From Thermoanaerobaculia bacterium (lineage in GTDB: Bacteria > Acidobacteriota > Thermoanaerobaculia > UBA5066), in assembly GCA_963719225.1 (NCBI GenBank), contig CAVRAY010000001.1:1888001-1952000 (forward strand): a DNA stretch of 64,000 nt. Direction: 5' to 3'. Positions 46,079 to 55,069 of this stretch are shown here, piece by piece. How positions within the stretch are numbered: the stretch's first letter is position 1; each line of letters opens with the position of its first letter. Below the pieces are notes generated by a model. That model was not told where the DNA came from. It did not search any database and saw only the letters and a list, made by a program, of their open reading frames with translations. Both the position numbers and the translations under genes were made by a program.

Positions 46079-46777
46079 TCAACGTGCTCCGAGCTCGCCC
46101 GCCAGCCACTCGGCGGCGTCGCGGTAGGCCTCGCGGGGGAGGCGCCCGTCGACGTCCGGGGCATAGAGCTTCTCGATCACTCCATCGGAGGAAATATTTG
46201 CTTCGGACCCGAGCAATGCCTCCAGCAGCACTCTTCGGGGTGCGCTGTCGAAGAATTTCCTAGAAGGGGAAGAGGGGGAGGGAAAGCCCGCGGGGTCGGG
46301 CGTTCTGCTTTGCAAAATCGCTACGGCGGCGGGAGCCGCGTCGGCCCCCATCCACTTTCTAAGAAAATCCCCCGTGGGTTCCACGAGAAGCCAGCCCGTT
46401 GGCGCGCCCTTGCTCTCTGCACGGGTCCGAAGCAAATCTTCCCTCGGCGGCTCTTTCGGCGCGTTCTCGAAAAGCAGAACGACGAACCCGCGCTCCGCGA
46501 GGGGCCCGAGGATCCGATCCTTCGGGCACGCCCTTGCGCCCGGCGCCGCGCAGACGACGACGATGGAAGGGCGGCCGGCAGCCGCGACGCGCTTTCGCTT
46601 GTCCGGATAGACGGAGCCGGGGAGCAGGGCGGCGTAGAGCTTCGGAACGTAGAGGCGCGCCCAGTCGCCGTTCGAAGAGATCTTCTCGGTCCGCTGCCAA
46701 AGGGACGACGCGCAGCCCGTCAGGCCGAAGGCCAGAAGCGCGACGAGGAAACAACGGGCGGCGGCAAAGTCTTTCAA
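46079..46777 (-). CDS. Hypothetical lipoprotein
   Basis: TTG start overlaps the addA stop (TTGA); lipobox LTGC; LAERGFVVL segment. Confidence 0.6.
   Translation of the reverse strand: MKDFAAARCFLVALLAFGLTGCASSLWQRTEKISSNGDWARLYVPKLYAALLPGSVYPDKRKRVAAAGRPSIVVVCAAPGARACPKDRILGPLAERGFVVLLFENAPKEPPREDLLRTRAESKGAPTGWLLVEPTGDFLRKWMGADAAPAAVAILQSRTPDPAGFPSPSSPSRKFFDSAPRRVLLEALLGSEANISSDGVIEKLYAPDVDGRLPREAYRDAAEWLAGELGAR
46257..46365. repeat. Convergent pair of TTCTWAGAA elements inside a CDS
   Basis: TTCCTAGAA at 46257 and TTCTAAGAA at 46357. Confidence 0.75.
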
Positions 46778-49700
46778 TCTTCTTCGAATGGTAAGGAGGC
46801 CTGGACGGGACGCCGGCCCTGCGCCTGCGACGCGCCCGCTTCGGGCTCCGCCGCTCTCTCTACCCCCTTCAAAGAATCTCTTTCTTTCTCCCCCCTCGAC
46901 GTATCTCGGCTTCGTCCTTCCTCCAGCCACTGCAGATGTCCGTTGTCCATGAAATAGAGCCCCGCCACGGCGCGCTGTTTCGTGAGCGCCTCCCACGCCT
47001 TGCGGTAATGCTCGATCTGCGGCGCGTAGTGAGCGACGAGGGCGTCGAGGTTGTCGCCGACGACGTCGGATTTCCAGTCCACGATGTGCCAGATCCCGTC
47101 CTCTTCGAAGACGAGGTCGATCGCGCCCTTGAGGAGCGTCTCCTCCGGCCCGCCCGAGACTCCGAGCTCGGCCGATGGAACCATCATGGCGAAAGGCGCC
47201 TCGACGAACCTGCGTTTCGCCGCGAGGGCCCGCGCCCAGAGCGGCGACGTCGTGACCGAGTCGGCCACGCGGAGCACCTCGTCGAGAAACGCCGATCCGA
47301 GCTCCTCCTCGCGCAGGAGGTTCTGCGCGACGGGGCGCAGCGAGAGGCCGGGCGTTCGCATCGCCGCCTCGAGGAGCTGGTGCAGAACGCGTCCCCAGGC
47401 GGTGCCGCGGGCGTTCTCGGCTGCGGCCGGCGCGCGCGGGCCTTCCTTCTTCGCGAGCGCGGTGACGGGCGCCACGACGAACGAAGGAGTCGCGGCGCTC
47501 AGACGCCCCTCGGCGATCCTCTTTCGGGCCCCGGCGAGCTCCGCCGCGAGCGGCGGAGTCTTCGCGGGAGCGAAAGGCCGAAGCTCGGCGATCGCGGGCG
47601 GAAGTTCCTTCAACCCGGACCTCAGAGGCGCCCATGCTCCGCTTTCCGGCTTGTCCTCCCGGAGGCTCACGACCAGCGTGTCGCGGGCCCGTGTCGCAGC
47701 GACGTAGAGGAGTCGCGTCCTCTCGGCCTCCTCGAAGGCGATCTCGTCGTTCTTGCGGCTCTCCCAGTCGGGAGGAGTCGCTGTCGCGGCCCACTGATTC
47801 GGCCGCATCCAGTATCCCGCCGTGAACCAGCCGCGCGATCCCGCGGCGCCGCGCGCGACGTGGCGCCTGGGCTCGGGCTTCCTCCAGACACTGAGCTCGG
47901 CGAGGACCACGATGGGGGCCTCGAGGCCCTTGGCCCGGTGGAGGTTCATGAGTCGGACGGCGTCCGCGTCGACGGGCTCGACGCTCATCTCCTCGAGATC
48001 GAGGGAGGGCGCGTCCTCGGCGAGCCGCTGTACGACGTCCCGGAACGAATGCCCTTCGCTCGTCAGCCGCCGCGCGAGCGCCAGTACTTTCAGGAGGTTG
48101 CCGCTGGCGGTTCGTCCTTCGGGCCCTGCGGCGAGCCGTGCGACGAGGCCGAGCCTGTCGCACGTGAGGGCGAGAGCGGCGCCGGCCGGATGCACGTTCA
48201 CGTCCTTCCGCGCTCTTGCGAGGAGGCCGAGGCCGCGGGAGATCCTCGGGTCCGTTCCCGGCGGAGGGTCGACGAGATAGGAGAAGCGCCCGCCGGCCCG
48301 ATGGAATTCGTAGAGCGCTTCGTCGTCGACGCCCGAGAGAGGGCCCGAGAGGAACGCGACGATCGAGACGTCGTCATCCGGATCCTGGATCGCCGCGAGG
48401 AACGGCCGCAGCACCGCGAGCCCTTTCGAGATCGGGAGCGCCCGGCTTCCCGACACGTCCACCGGTATTCCGAGCGCCTCGAACGCCCGTGCATAGACGT
48501 CGAGGTGTTCACGCGTCCGCGTCAGGACCAGGAAGTCACCGAAACGCGCGGCGCGTTCGGGCCCGTCGGATGAGACCGGCCATTTGTGGTCGACTGCTCC
48601 CCGGACGAAGCTCGCGACGTCGGAGGCATTGGCACATGCGAGCTCTTCGGCGCTGGCGCCGGCGCGCGTGAGGAGGCGAAACGCTCCGGACCTCTCCGAC
48701 CGGTCGTCTCGCACGGGTTCGAGGGGAGAGAAGGCAGCCTGGCGGTCGTCGGCGACCGCCGGAAACCGGCTTCGAAACCAGGCATTCGCCGGATCCGTGA
48801 GAGCTCGGACGGCCCGGAAGTTCGCGTCGAGCCGGACGATGCGTCCGCCGGACGCGACGAGCGTGCGGCGAAAATTCATGTATGCCGCGATGTCCGCGCG
48901 CCGGAAGCGATAGATCGACTGCTTGGGATCGCCCACGACGAAGAGCGATCCGGCCCTGGGCTTCAGACGCGACACGTCCTTCTCGTCCAGGTCGTCGCTC
49001 GTCAGGTAAAGGAGGATCTCTGCCTGCAGCGGATCGGTGTCCTGGAACTCGTCGACGAGGAGGTGCGTGAAGCGCGTCGTGAACGCCCGCCGAACCGCGG
49101 GGAAGTCCCGCAGGAGGTCGCGTGTCGCGAGAAGCAGGTCCGCATACGTGAACGGCCCGTTACCGGCGCGCCGCGACGCGAGATGCGCCAGCCCCGGCCG
49201 GAGCACGGCATAGATCCGCTCGTGCAGCGCGAGCTGCCACTCCGCGAGCGCAGGCTTGATGACGTCCTGGCGAAGAGCCTCGAACTCCTTGCCGAGGCTT
49301 CTCGCCAGTTCCTTGTCGGGCCATTTGTACAGGGTCGCACCGCCGGCCGGACGAAGAATTCTTAGAAGGCGGGCGAAGCCAGGCGGCGTCGCGTATTCGG
49401 GAAGCTCTCGCAGATTTCGCGCTTCGAGCAGCCGCGCCTGCAGGTCGTCGCGACCCGCCGCGCCGGGCGCTTCCGGGACCAGCGGAATTACCCTTCTAAG
49501 AAAATCTTCAATCTTCCCTCGTATTTCCTCGAAGTCGGGCAGCGCGAGCGGATCGGCGACGACGGGGACGACGTCGGGGTATTCGGCGTAGAGCTCGAAG
49601 CTGTCCTCCAGCTCTCTCATCGTGACGCCGAGCGCGAAGAGGGAAGCGACGGGGCTCCGGGCGTCCGCAAGCGTGCCGACATACTCGCGGAACGTTCGAG

Positions 49701-50136
49701 CGCGAAAGAGCGCCGCCTCCTGCAGCTCGACCCGGAGCGCCGCGGGATCGATTCCGGCCTCGAGGGGACGCTCCGAGAGCAGGAGGGCGCAGAAGGAGTC
49801 GATCGTGCCGAGCGTGAGGCGATCGAGCGTCCCCCGTGCGTCGTCGAGACGCCTCTTGCGCGCGGGATCCCGCTCGCGCCGCGCGGCCGTTTCGAGAGCG
49901 CTCTGGAAACGGCGCCTCAGATGCGACGCGGCCTTTCGCGTGAACGTGACGGCCGCGAGGTTCTCGGGGTCCGCCTTTCCTTCCGCCAGGAGCGCGAGCA
50001 TCCGGTCGACGAGCATCGTCGTCTTGCCGGAGCCGGCGCCGGCCTCGACGAGGAGCGTCACGTCGAGCGAGGTACGGATCTCGTGACGAGCCGCCGCATC
50101 TGGAAGAATCGCCGCGTCTTCGCCCGCGAAGCCCAT
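46774..50136 (-). CDS. addA: UvrD-like helicase with RecB-type nuclease (AddA-like)
   Basis: AGAGSGKT, VTFTRKAA, LVDEFQDTDPLQ, VGDPKQSIYRFR, HRAKGLE, LLYVAATRA; nuclease GAIDL...IVDWKSD...QIEHY. Confidence 0.88.
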   Translation of the reverse strand: MGFAGEDAAILPDAAARHEIRTSLDVTLLVEAGAGSGKTTMLVDRMLALLAEGKADPENLAAVTFTRKAASHLRRRFQSALETAARRERDPARKRRLDDARGTLDRLTLGTIDSFCALLLSERPLEAGIDPAALRVELQEAALFRARTFREYVGTLADARSPVASLFALGVTMRELEDSFELYAEYPDVVPVVADPLALPDFEEIRGKIEDFLRRVIPLVPEAPGAAGRDDLQARLLEARNLRELPEYATPPGFARLLRILRPAGGATLYKWPDKELARSLGKEFEALRQDVIKPALAEWQLALHERIYAVLRPGLAHLASRRAGNGPFTYADLLLATRDLLRDFPAVRRAFTTRFTHLLVDEFQDTDPLQAEILLYLTSDDLDEKDVSRLKPRAGSLFVVGDPKQSIYRFRRADIAAYMNFRRTLVASGGRIVRLDANFRAVRALTDPANAWFRSRFPAVADDRQAAFSPLEPVRDDRSERSGAFRLLTRAGASAEELACANASDVASFVRGAVDHKWPVSSDGPERAARFGDFLVLTRTREHLDVYARAFEALGIPVDVSGSRALPISKGLAVLRPFLAAIQDPDDDVSIVAFLSGPLSGVDDEALYEFHRAGGRFSYLVDPPPGTDPRISRGLGLLARARKDVNVHPAGAALALTCDRLGLVARLAAGPEGRTASGNLLKVLALARRLTSEGHSFRDVVQRLAEDAPSLDLEEMSVEPVDADAVRLMNLHRAKGLEAPIVVLAELSVWRKPEPRRHVARGAAGSRGWFTAGYWMRPNQWAATATPPDWESRKNDEIAFEEAERTRLLYVAATRARDTLVVSLREDKPESGAWAPLRSGLKELPPAIAELRPFAPAKTPPLAAELAGARKRIAEGRLSAATPSFVVAPVTALAKKEGPRAPAAAENARGTAWGRVLHQLLEAAMRTPGLSLRPVAQNLLREEELGSAFLDEVLRVADSVTTSPLWARALAAKRRFVEAPFAMMVPSAELGVSGGPEETLLKGAIDLVFEEDGIWHIVDWKSDVVGDNLDALVAHYAPQIEHYRKAWEALTKQRAVAGLYFMDNGHLQWLEEGRSRDTSRGEKERDSLKGVERAAEPEAGASQAQGRRPVQASLPFEED
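46780..46876. repeat. Convergent pair of element variants in the AddA C-terminal tail
   Basis: TTCTTCGAA at 46780 and CCTTCAAAGAATCTCTTTC (core 46868). Confidence 0.55.
49359..49502. repeat. Convergent pair of TTCTWAGAA elements inside addA
   Basis: TTCTTAGAA at 49359 and TTCTAAGAA at 49494; local AT-rich codons. Confidence 0.8.
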
Positions 50137-53100
50137 CAGACGTCTCTCCGCTCGATCGCGCGAATCGGATCCAGCAGCGGGTCGCCGGTCTCGGAGTCTC
50201 TCTTTCGCCCGGCTTGGGCGGCCGTCACCGCGACGTCCCCGCAGATCGACCGGAAGCGACAGAAGCGGCAATCGTCCGCGTCCGCCGTGTGCGGAAACGA
50301 CCCCGAGGCGACGAGCGCGAACAGGTCGTCGAGCGTCTCGTCGACGACGGCGTCTTCGGCCTCGAGCGTGAACCGCTGCATCTTTCCCTTCCGCGTCGGA
50401 AGGAGGTAACCAGAGGTCACCTCTGCGGCCCGGATGCCGGCGCGCTCGAGAAGGGCGGCGGCGGCCCGCTTGTAGAGGGCGTGCTGGAGCAGACGCCCGC
50501 CGCGCAGGGGCCGCTCCGCGCGATGCTCCTCCTTGAAAGCGTAATCGCCTCCGGACTTGTAGTCCCAGACGGCGTATCGCCCGGGCGCGGTCTCGTCGAT
50601 CCGGTCGATCTGGCCCTGTAGCAGGAACGAGCCGCCCGGAGTCCGGATCTCGACGGGCTCGGGCGAACCGAGCGGCTCGTCACGGCTCGCGCGTTTCAGC
50701 CCGAAGGGTACCTCGAACCACTTCGGCGTCGAGCTCGGATTCTCGGCCTCTGACCGAAGGAAGATGTCGCAGGCGGCGAAGAGCTCGTCCTCCTGCGCCC
50801 TCAGCGCGGCGAGGTTTGGCGGTGGGACGAGCTCCTTCCAACGCGCGATCTTCTTCCCGGCGACGGCCTTGAGGCGCGCGACGTCGCGCACGGGATCGAG
50901 CTTCACGCTCTCGGCGCGGAGGTCCGACATGAACGCGTAGAGCACCTCGTGAAGCAGATTCCCGAACTCGCGCGCGTTGAGCCACTCGCTCTCCGAGCGC
51001 TCTTCGTCGGGAGGCGAGAGGCCGAGGACGTACTCGTAGAAGTACATCCGGGGGCATTTCGCGAGCTTTTCGAGGCGGGAGGCCGAGAGAGGCTGCTTCG
51101 TCCTGCGGGGATCGAGATCGGCCGCGGCCGAGGATACGCGTCCGTCCCACGGCGTGAACGCCTCGCTTTCGCGCTCCCTCTCCGCGCGCGCTCCGTCCCG
51201 GAGCCAGGGGTAGGCGTTCTCGACCTCGGCGCGGAGTCCCCTCGCTCCTGTCGCGGCGCGGATCCGGGCGAGCCACCATTCGGTCTCGTCGAGCGGAGCG
51301 CCGCCCGGCACGAACGTCGCAGGCGCCCCGAGCGCCTTCGCGAGCGCGTCGTATCCGGCCTCGGGCGCGCCTTCGCGCTCGCGGAAGAGCTGCAGAAGGA
51401 CGGGCGAGGGAAAGCGCTCGGCGTCCTGAAGGATGTCGCGATTCGAAAACGAAAGAGCGACGGTTCCCCGCGCGCGCGCGAGAAGAGCGCGGAGAGCCTG
51501 GCGTCTCTCGTCGGCGGAGGTCAGGCCCGGGAGGCCGAGGCGCGAGGCGGGAGGAAGGGTGCGATTCAGCGCGTCGCGCTCGGAATCGAGAAGGACGGGA
51601 TCCTGGCGCGGCGGCCCCGGGAAGCGAGTTTCGTCGAGGCCCAGGACGAACGTCCGGGATCGGGCGGAATAGCCCGCGCGTGCCAGGCGTGCGACGTGGA
51701 CATGACCGGGCGCGGGTGTCGCCGAGACGACGGCGAGGCGCACGACCGCTTCCCGCAGGCGGTCGGCCGCCTCCGCCGTCGAGAGAGCACGTTCCGGAAG
51801 CTCCGCGAGCTGCTGAAAGAGGCCGGAGAGCGCCTCGGCCGCGGCCCCGTCCAGGTCGCTGCCCTTCGTGATCATTTCGCCGACGACCTCGTGACAAGCC
51901 GCGGCAAGGGCCGGAAGGGAAACGCGACGGCTCGAGATTTCCGGGCTGAGCTCGAAGAGCCGGCTCACGAACGCGCGCAGCGCCTCGGCGGCGGCGAGGC
52001 GCTCGGCCCGCGCGGCGTCGCGCGCGGAGTCCGTCTCGTCCTGGGGTTCCGGCTGTCTCTCCCGTTCGACGAGCGCGTCGAGGCGCGGCATGTAACGCGG
52101 CGCGCCGGCGAAGATGCGCGCCCGGCGGAGAAGCCGCGCCGCGCGGACGCCTCCGACGCGCGTGGCCGCTGGCTGGAACGGCTTCAACTCGGCGCGCCCG
52201 TCCGCGAGAAGGCGCTCCAGCGCCCCGACGCGGAAGTCGTGCGCGATCCAGTCGAGATAATCGAGGACGCCCTGTCCGGGCCGGGTGTAGGTGACCGGCA
52301 CGCCGTCGTCGAAGGTGCACGGAATCCCGTATTGCGACGCGAGCTCGTGGACGAGCGGTCGATACGTCGCGTCGTCGTCGAAGGCGATCTCGACGTCGTC
52401 GAGGCGCAGGCCCTCGTCGAGGATCCGCCGGAACGCGCCGCGAACTTCGTTCTCCTCGCTCAGGGCGTGCGAGAACGTCAGCGTCGACGGCGTGTGGCCG
52501 GTCCCGGGCGTGTCCTCGGCGAGAGGAACCGTCACGGGTGCGCATTTCGCGAGGAAACGCTTCTCGAGCGGCGCGAGCTCCAGCCCGGCAGGAAGGAGGA
52601 CGTGCGCCGACGGAGGAACGCGAAGAGCCGGGTCAACGCACGCCCGTGCCGCGCGGTCGAAGACCTCGGCGGCGTCGGCGGCGCCGAGCTTCTCGAGCAT
52701 CGCGTCGAAGGCCCGCGCGAGTGCCGCGAGCTCTCGCGCCTTCCGGGCGTCCTCGAACGCGTCCAGAGGAAGGGCGCCGGGCGCCACGCCGGCCCTTCGC
52801 AGCTCGTCGAGCGTGCGGTGAAGCGCGCGATGGAGTCCGACCCGCTCTCTCAGCCTTCCGAAATAGGAGTCGGCCTTCAGGACCTCGTCGCAGGCTGATT
52901 CCACGACGGCGAGGAGCTGCGCGCGCGAAAGCAGGCGGCGCCCGTCGGCGGCGAGGAACGGGCCGGCCACCTCGAGCGCGAGCGAGAACAGCGTCGCGGG
53001 CCTGAGGTTGAGGTGCGCGCAGCCCGAGCGTGCGAGCGTGTCGAGGATCTGCGTGCCGACCGCGAACGACGGGACGAGGAGGATCTTCTCGTCCAGGGAA

Positions 53101-53162
53101 TGATCTCCGCAGAACGCGGCGAGCTCCTGAAGGAGCCTGTTTCTCTCGACGGCCGCGCCCAT
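50136..53162 (-). CDS. addB: AddB-like subunit: inactive helicase fold plus PD-(D/E)XK nuclease with Fe-S cysteines
   Basis: LSASRLEKLAKCP, GQIDRID, VWDYKSG, LQHALY, CRFCRFRSIC; TGATG overlap with addA. Confidence 0.85.
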   Translation of the reverse strand: MGAAVERNRLLQELAAFCGDHSLDEKILLVPSFAVGTQILDTLARSGCAHLNLRPATLFSLALEVAGPFLAADGRRLLSRAQLLAVVESACDEVLKADSYFGRLRERVGLHRALHRTLDELRRAGVAPGALPLDAFEDARKARELAALARAFDAMLEKLGAADAAEVFDRAARACVDPALRVPPSAHVLLPAGLELAPLEKRFLAKCAPVTVPLAEDTPGTGHTPSTLTFSHALSEENEVRGAFRRILDEGLRLDDVEIAFDDDATYRPLVHELASQYGIPCTFDDGVPVTYTRPGQGVLDYLDWIAHDFRVGALERLLADGRAELKPFQPAATRVGGVRAARLLRRARIFAGAPRYMPRLDALVERERQPEPQDETDSARDAARAERLAAAEALRAFVSRLFELSPEISSRRVSLPALAAACHEVVGEMITKGSDLDGAAAEALSGLFQQLAELPERALSTAEAADRLREAVVRLAVVSATPAPGHVHVARLARAGYSARSRTFVLGLDETRFPGPPRQDPVLLDSERDALNRTLPPASRLGLPGLTSADERRQALRALLARARGTVALSFSNRDILQDAERFPSPVLLQLFREREGAPEAGYDALAKALGAPATFVPGGAPLDETEWWLARIRAATGARGLRAEVENAYPWLRDGARAERERESEAFTPWDGRVSSAAADLDPRRTKQPLSASRLEKLAKCPRMYFYEYVLGLSPPDEERSESEWLNAREFGNLLHEVLYAFMSDLRAESVKLDPVRDVARLKAVAGKKIARWKELVPPPNLAALRAQEDELFAACDIFLRSEAENPSSTPKWFEVPFGLKRASRDEPLGSPEPVEIRTPGGSFLLQGQIDRIDETAPGRYAVWDYKSGGDYAFKEEHRAERPLRGGRLLQHALYKRAAAALLERAGIRAAEVTSGYLLPTRKGKMQRFTLEAEDAVVDETLDDLFALVASGSFPHTADADDCRFCRFRSICGDVAVTAAQAGRKRDSETGDPLLDPIRAIERRDV

Positions 53163-53305
53163 GCCGCGAGCTTAAGCGAAGCGAGGAAGGGGGCACGGGG
53201 GAAACGCGAACGTGTTTCCCCCGCTGGCTCGCAGATGCCGGGCCCGCCTGTCCCAGTTCGGACCGCGAAGCGGTCCGCGGGCCCGGCGTGTGATCATCGC
53301 GCCGC

Positions 53306-54838
53306 ATGGAAGGCGTCTCGCTCGGGCTGCCGACGCTGATCGCGATCGCCGTGTACCTCGCCGGCATCAACGTCCTCGGCGCGGTGCTCGGGCGGGGCCA
53401 GAAGGACGCGAAGGACTATTTCCTGGGCTCTCACGCGATGCCCTGGTGGGCCGTGATGGCCTCGATCGTCGCGACGGAGACCTCGGCGCTCACGTTCCTT
53501 TCCGTCCCCGGAGACGCCTACCGCACGGGCTTCACGTTTCTGCAGCTCGCGTTCGGCTATCTCCTCGGGCGCATCGCGGTCTCGTCGCTGCTCCTGCCCG
53601 GCTACTTTCAGGGCGAGATCACGACCGCCTACGCGCTCCTCGAACGGCGGTTCGGCGTCGGCGCGCGTCGCTTCACGTCGCTCATCTTCATGGTCACGCG
53701 CGTCATGGCCGCGAGCGTCCGCCTCGCGGTTCCCGCGATCCCGATCGCGCTCATCCTCGGCATTCCCGTGTGGATCGCGATCCTGTTGCTCGCGGCCGCG
53801 ACGGCTCTCTACACGTTCCTGGGGGGCCTCAAGGCCGTCATCTGGATCGATCTGATCCAGGTCGTCGTGTATCTCTCGGGCGCGATCATGGCGTTATGGG
53901 TGCTTCTCAATTCGTTCGGCGGGGGATTCGGAGGATTTCAAGAGATTCTTAGAAGGTGCAATGCGCTGGGGAACCCGGTTCGGCTCATTAACCTTTCTAA
54001 GAACTTTGCAGAACCCTACACTTTGTGGGCAGGTGTCATCGGAGGAGCCGTGCTTGCGATGGCCTCGCACGGCGCCGACCAGCTCATCGTCCAGCGGCTC
54101 CTCGCGTGTCGCGGCCTGCGCGACGCGCAGAAGGCCCTCGTCGGGAGCGGCGTCCTCGTGATCCTGCAGTTCTGCCTTTTCCTCGCCGTCGGAGTCGGAC
54201 TCTTCGCGTTCTACGGAGGGCGCGCCGTGGGCCCGGGCGGGTTCGCGACGAGCGACGAGATCTTCCCGGCGTTCATCGTCGGCCATCTCCCGCCCTTCAT
54301 TTCCGCGTATCTCATCGCCGGCATCTTCTCGGCGGCCATGTGCTCGGAGTCGTCCGCGCTCAACTCGCTCGCCTCGGCGCTCTCGCTCGACATCGTGGCG
54401 CCGCTGCTCGGGAGGAAGTACGTGGAAGGGAAGAGGGGCCTCGTCCTCGGGAAGATTCTGACGCTGTTCTGGACGGTCGTTCTCGCCGGGCTGGCCGTCG
54501 GCTTCTCGCGCCTGCCGCAGAACGTCCCGGCCGTACAGGTCGCGCTGGGCCTCGCGAGCGTGACGGCGGGCGGCCTCCTCGGCGCATTCCTGCTCGCGCT
54601 TTGGGCGAAGAAGGCGACTCAGACGGACGCGATGATCGGCATCGCCACGTCGGCCGTCTTCATGTTCGTCCTGTGGCTCGGATCGAAGGGCTGGGTGCCG
54701 TTCACGCTCGGGAAAATGATCGCGTGGCCGTGGTACTCGCTCCTCGGCTCGACGATCGCGTTCGGGACGGGGTGGCTCCTGTCACAGCGCCATACGACGC
54801 GAGGCCCGCGGTTCGGTGTGCCGCCGTCCCCGAGCTGA
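53306..54838 (+). CDS. Sodium:solute symporter family protein
   Basis: DYFLG...PWWAV..SIVATETSALTFLSVPG, GGLKAVIWID, HGADQLIVQRLL, SAAM.S.SSALNSL. Confidence 0.93.
   Translation: MEGVSLGLPTLIAIAVYLAGINVLGAVLGRGQKDAKDYFLGSHAMPWWAVMASIVATETSALTFLSVPGDAYRTGFTFLQLAFGYLLGRIAVSSLLLPGYFQGEITTAYALLERRFGVGARRFTSLIFMVTRVMAASVRLAVPAIPIALILGIPVWIAILLLAAATALYTFLGGLKAVIWIDLIQVVVYLSGAIMALWVLLNSFGGGFGGFQEILRRCNALGNPVRLINLSKNFAEPYTLWAGVIGGAVLAMASHGADQLIVQRLLACRGLRDAQKALVGSGVLVILQFCLFLAVGVGLFAFYGGRAVGPGGFATSDEIFPAFIVGHLPPFISAYLIAGIFSAAMCSESSALNSLASALSLDIVAPLLGRKYVEGKRGLVLGKILTLFWTVVLAGLAVGFSRLPQNVPAVQVALGLASVTAGGLLGAFLLALWAKKATQTDAMIGIATSAVFMFVLWLGSKGWVPFTLGKMIAWPWYSLLGSTIAFGTGWLLSQRHTTRGPRFGVPPSPS
53946..54003. 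repeat. Convergent pair of TTCTWAGAA elements inside the symporter gene
   Basis: TTCTTAGAA at 53946 and TTCTAAGAA at 53995 within an AT-rich patch. Confidence 0.8.
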
Positions 54839-55069
54839 TCAGCTCCGACGCCGGACGAGTACCGCGATGGCCAGTCCGAGTCCGGCTGCAAGCCCGGCGC
54901 CGACGAGCGTGACCGCCGTACGGTGGCGCCGCAGCTGCAGCCGCCAGTCCAGGGCCTCGTGGCGCCGGCGGTCGATTTCCGCGAGGTACGCCCCGAGATC
55001 GGAGCGCGCCTTCTCGATGTCCTGAACGACCTCGGAGGCCTTCCGCTCGCGAGAGGTGTCGGCTCTCAT
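54839..55069 (-). CDS. Small tail-anchored protein (DUF3618-like)
   Basis: VQDIEKARSDLG.YL.EIDRR, C-terminal TM plus RRR; ATGA overlap with the upstream gene. Confidence 0.65.
   Translation of the reverse strand: MRADTSRERKASEVVQDIEKARSDLGAYLAEIDRRRHEALDWRLQLRRHRTAVTLVGAGLAAGLGLAIAVLVRRRS

Noticed and set aside
43471-46263. Long antisense or alternative-frame ORFs (also 7673-10015, 11662-14145, 38099-40282, 50949-52898)
   Set aside because: Shadow ORFs caused by high GC and codon bias; Arg/Gly/Ala-rich, with no motifs, overlapping well-supported genes.
46774-53162. Helicase-nuclease pair as an anti-phage or Cas4-containing system
   Set aside because: Domain order, sizes and the four-Cys nuclease fit housekeeping AddAB-type repair.
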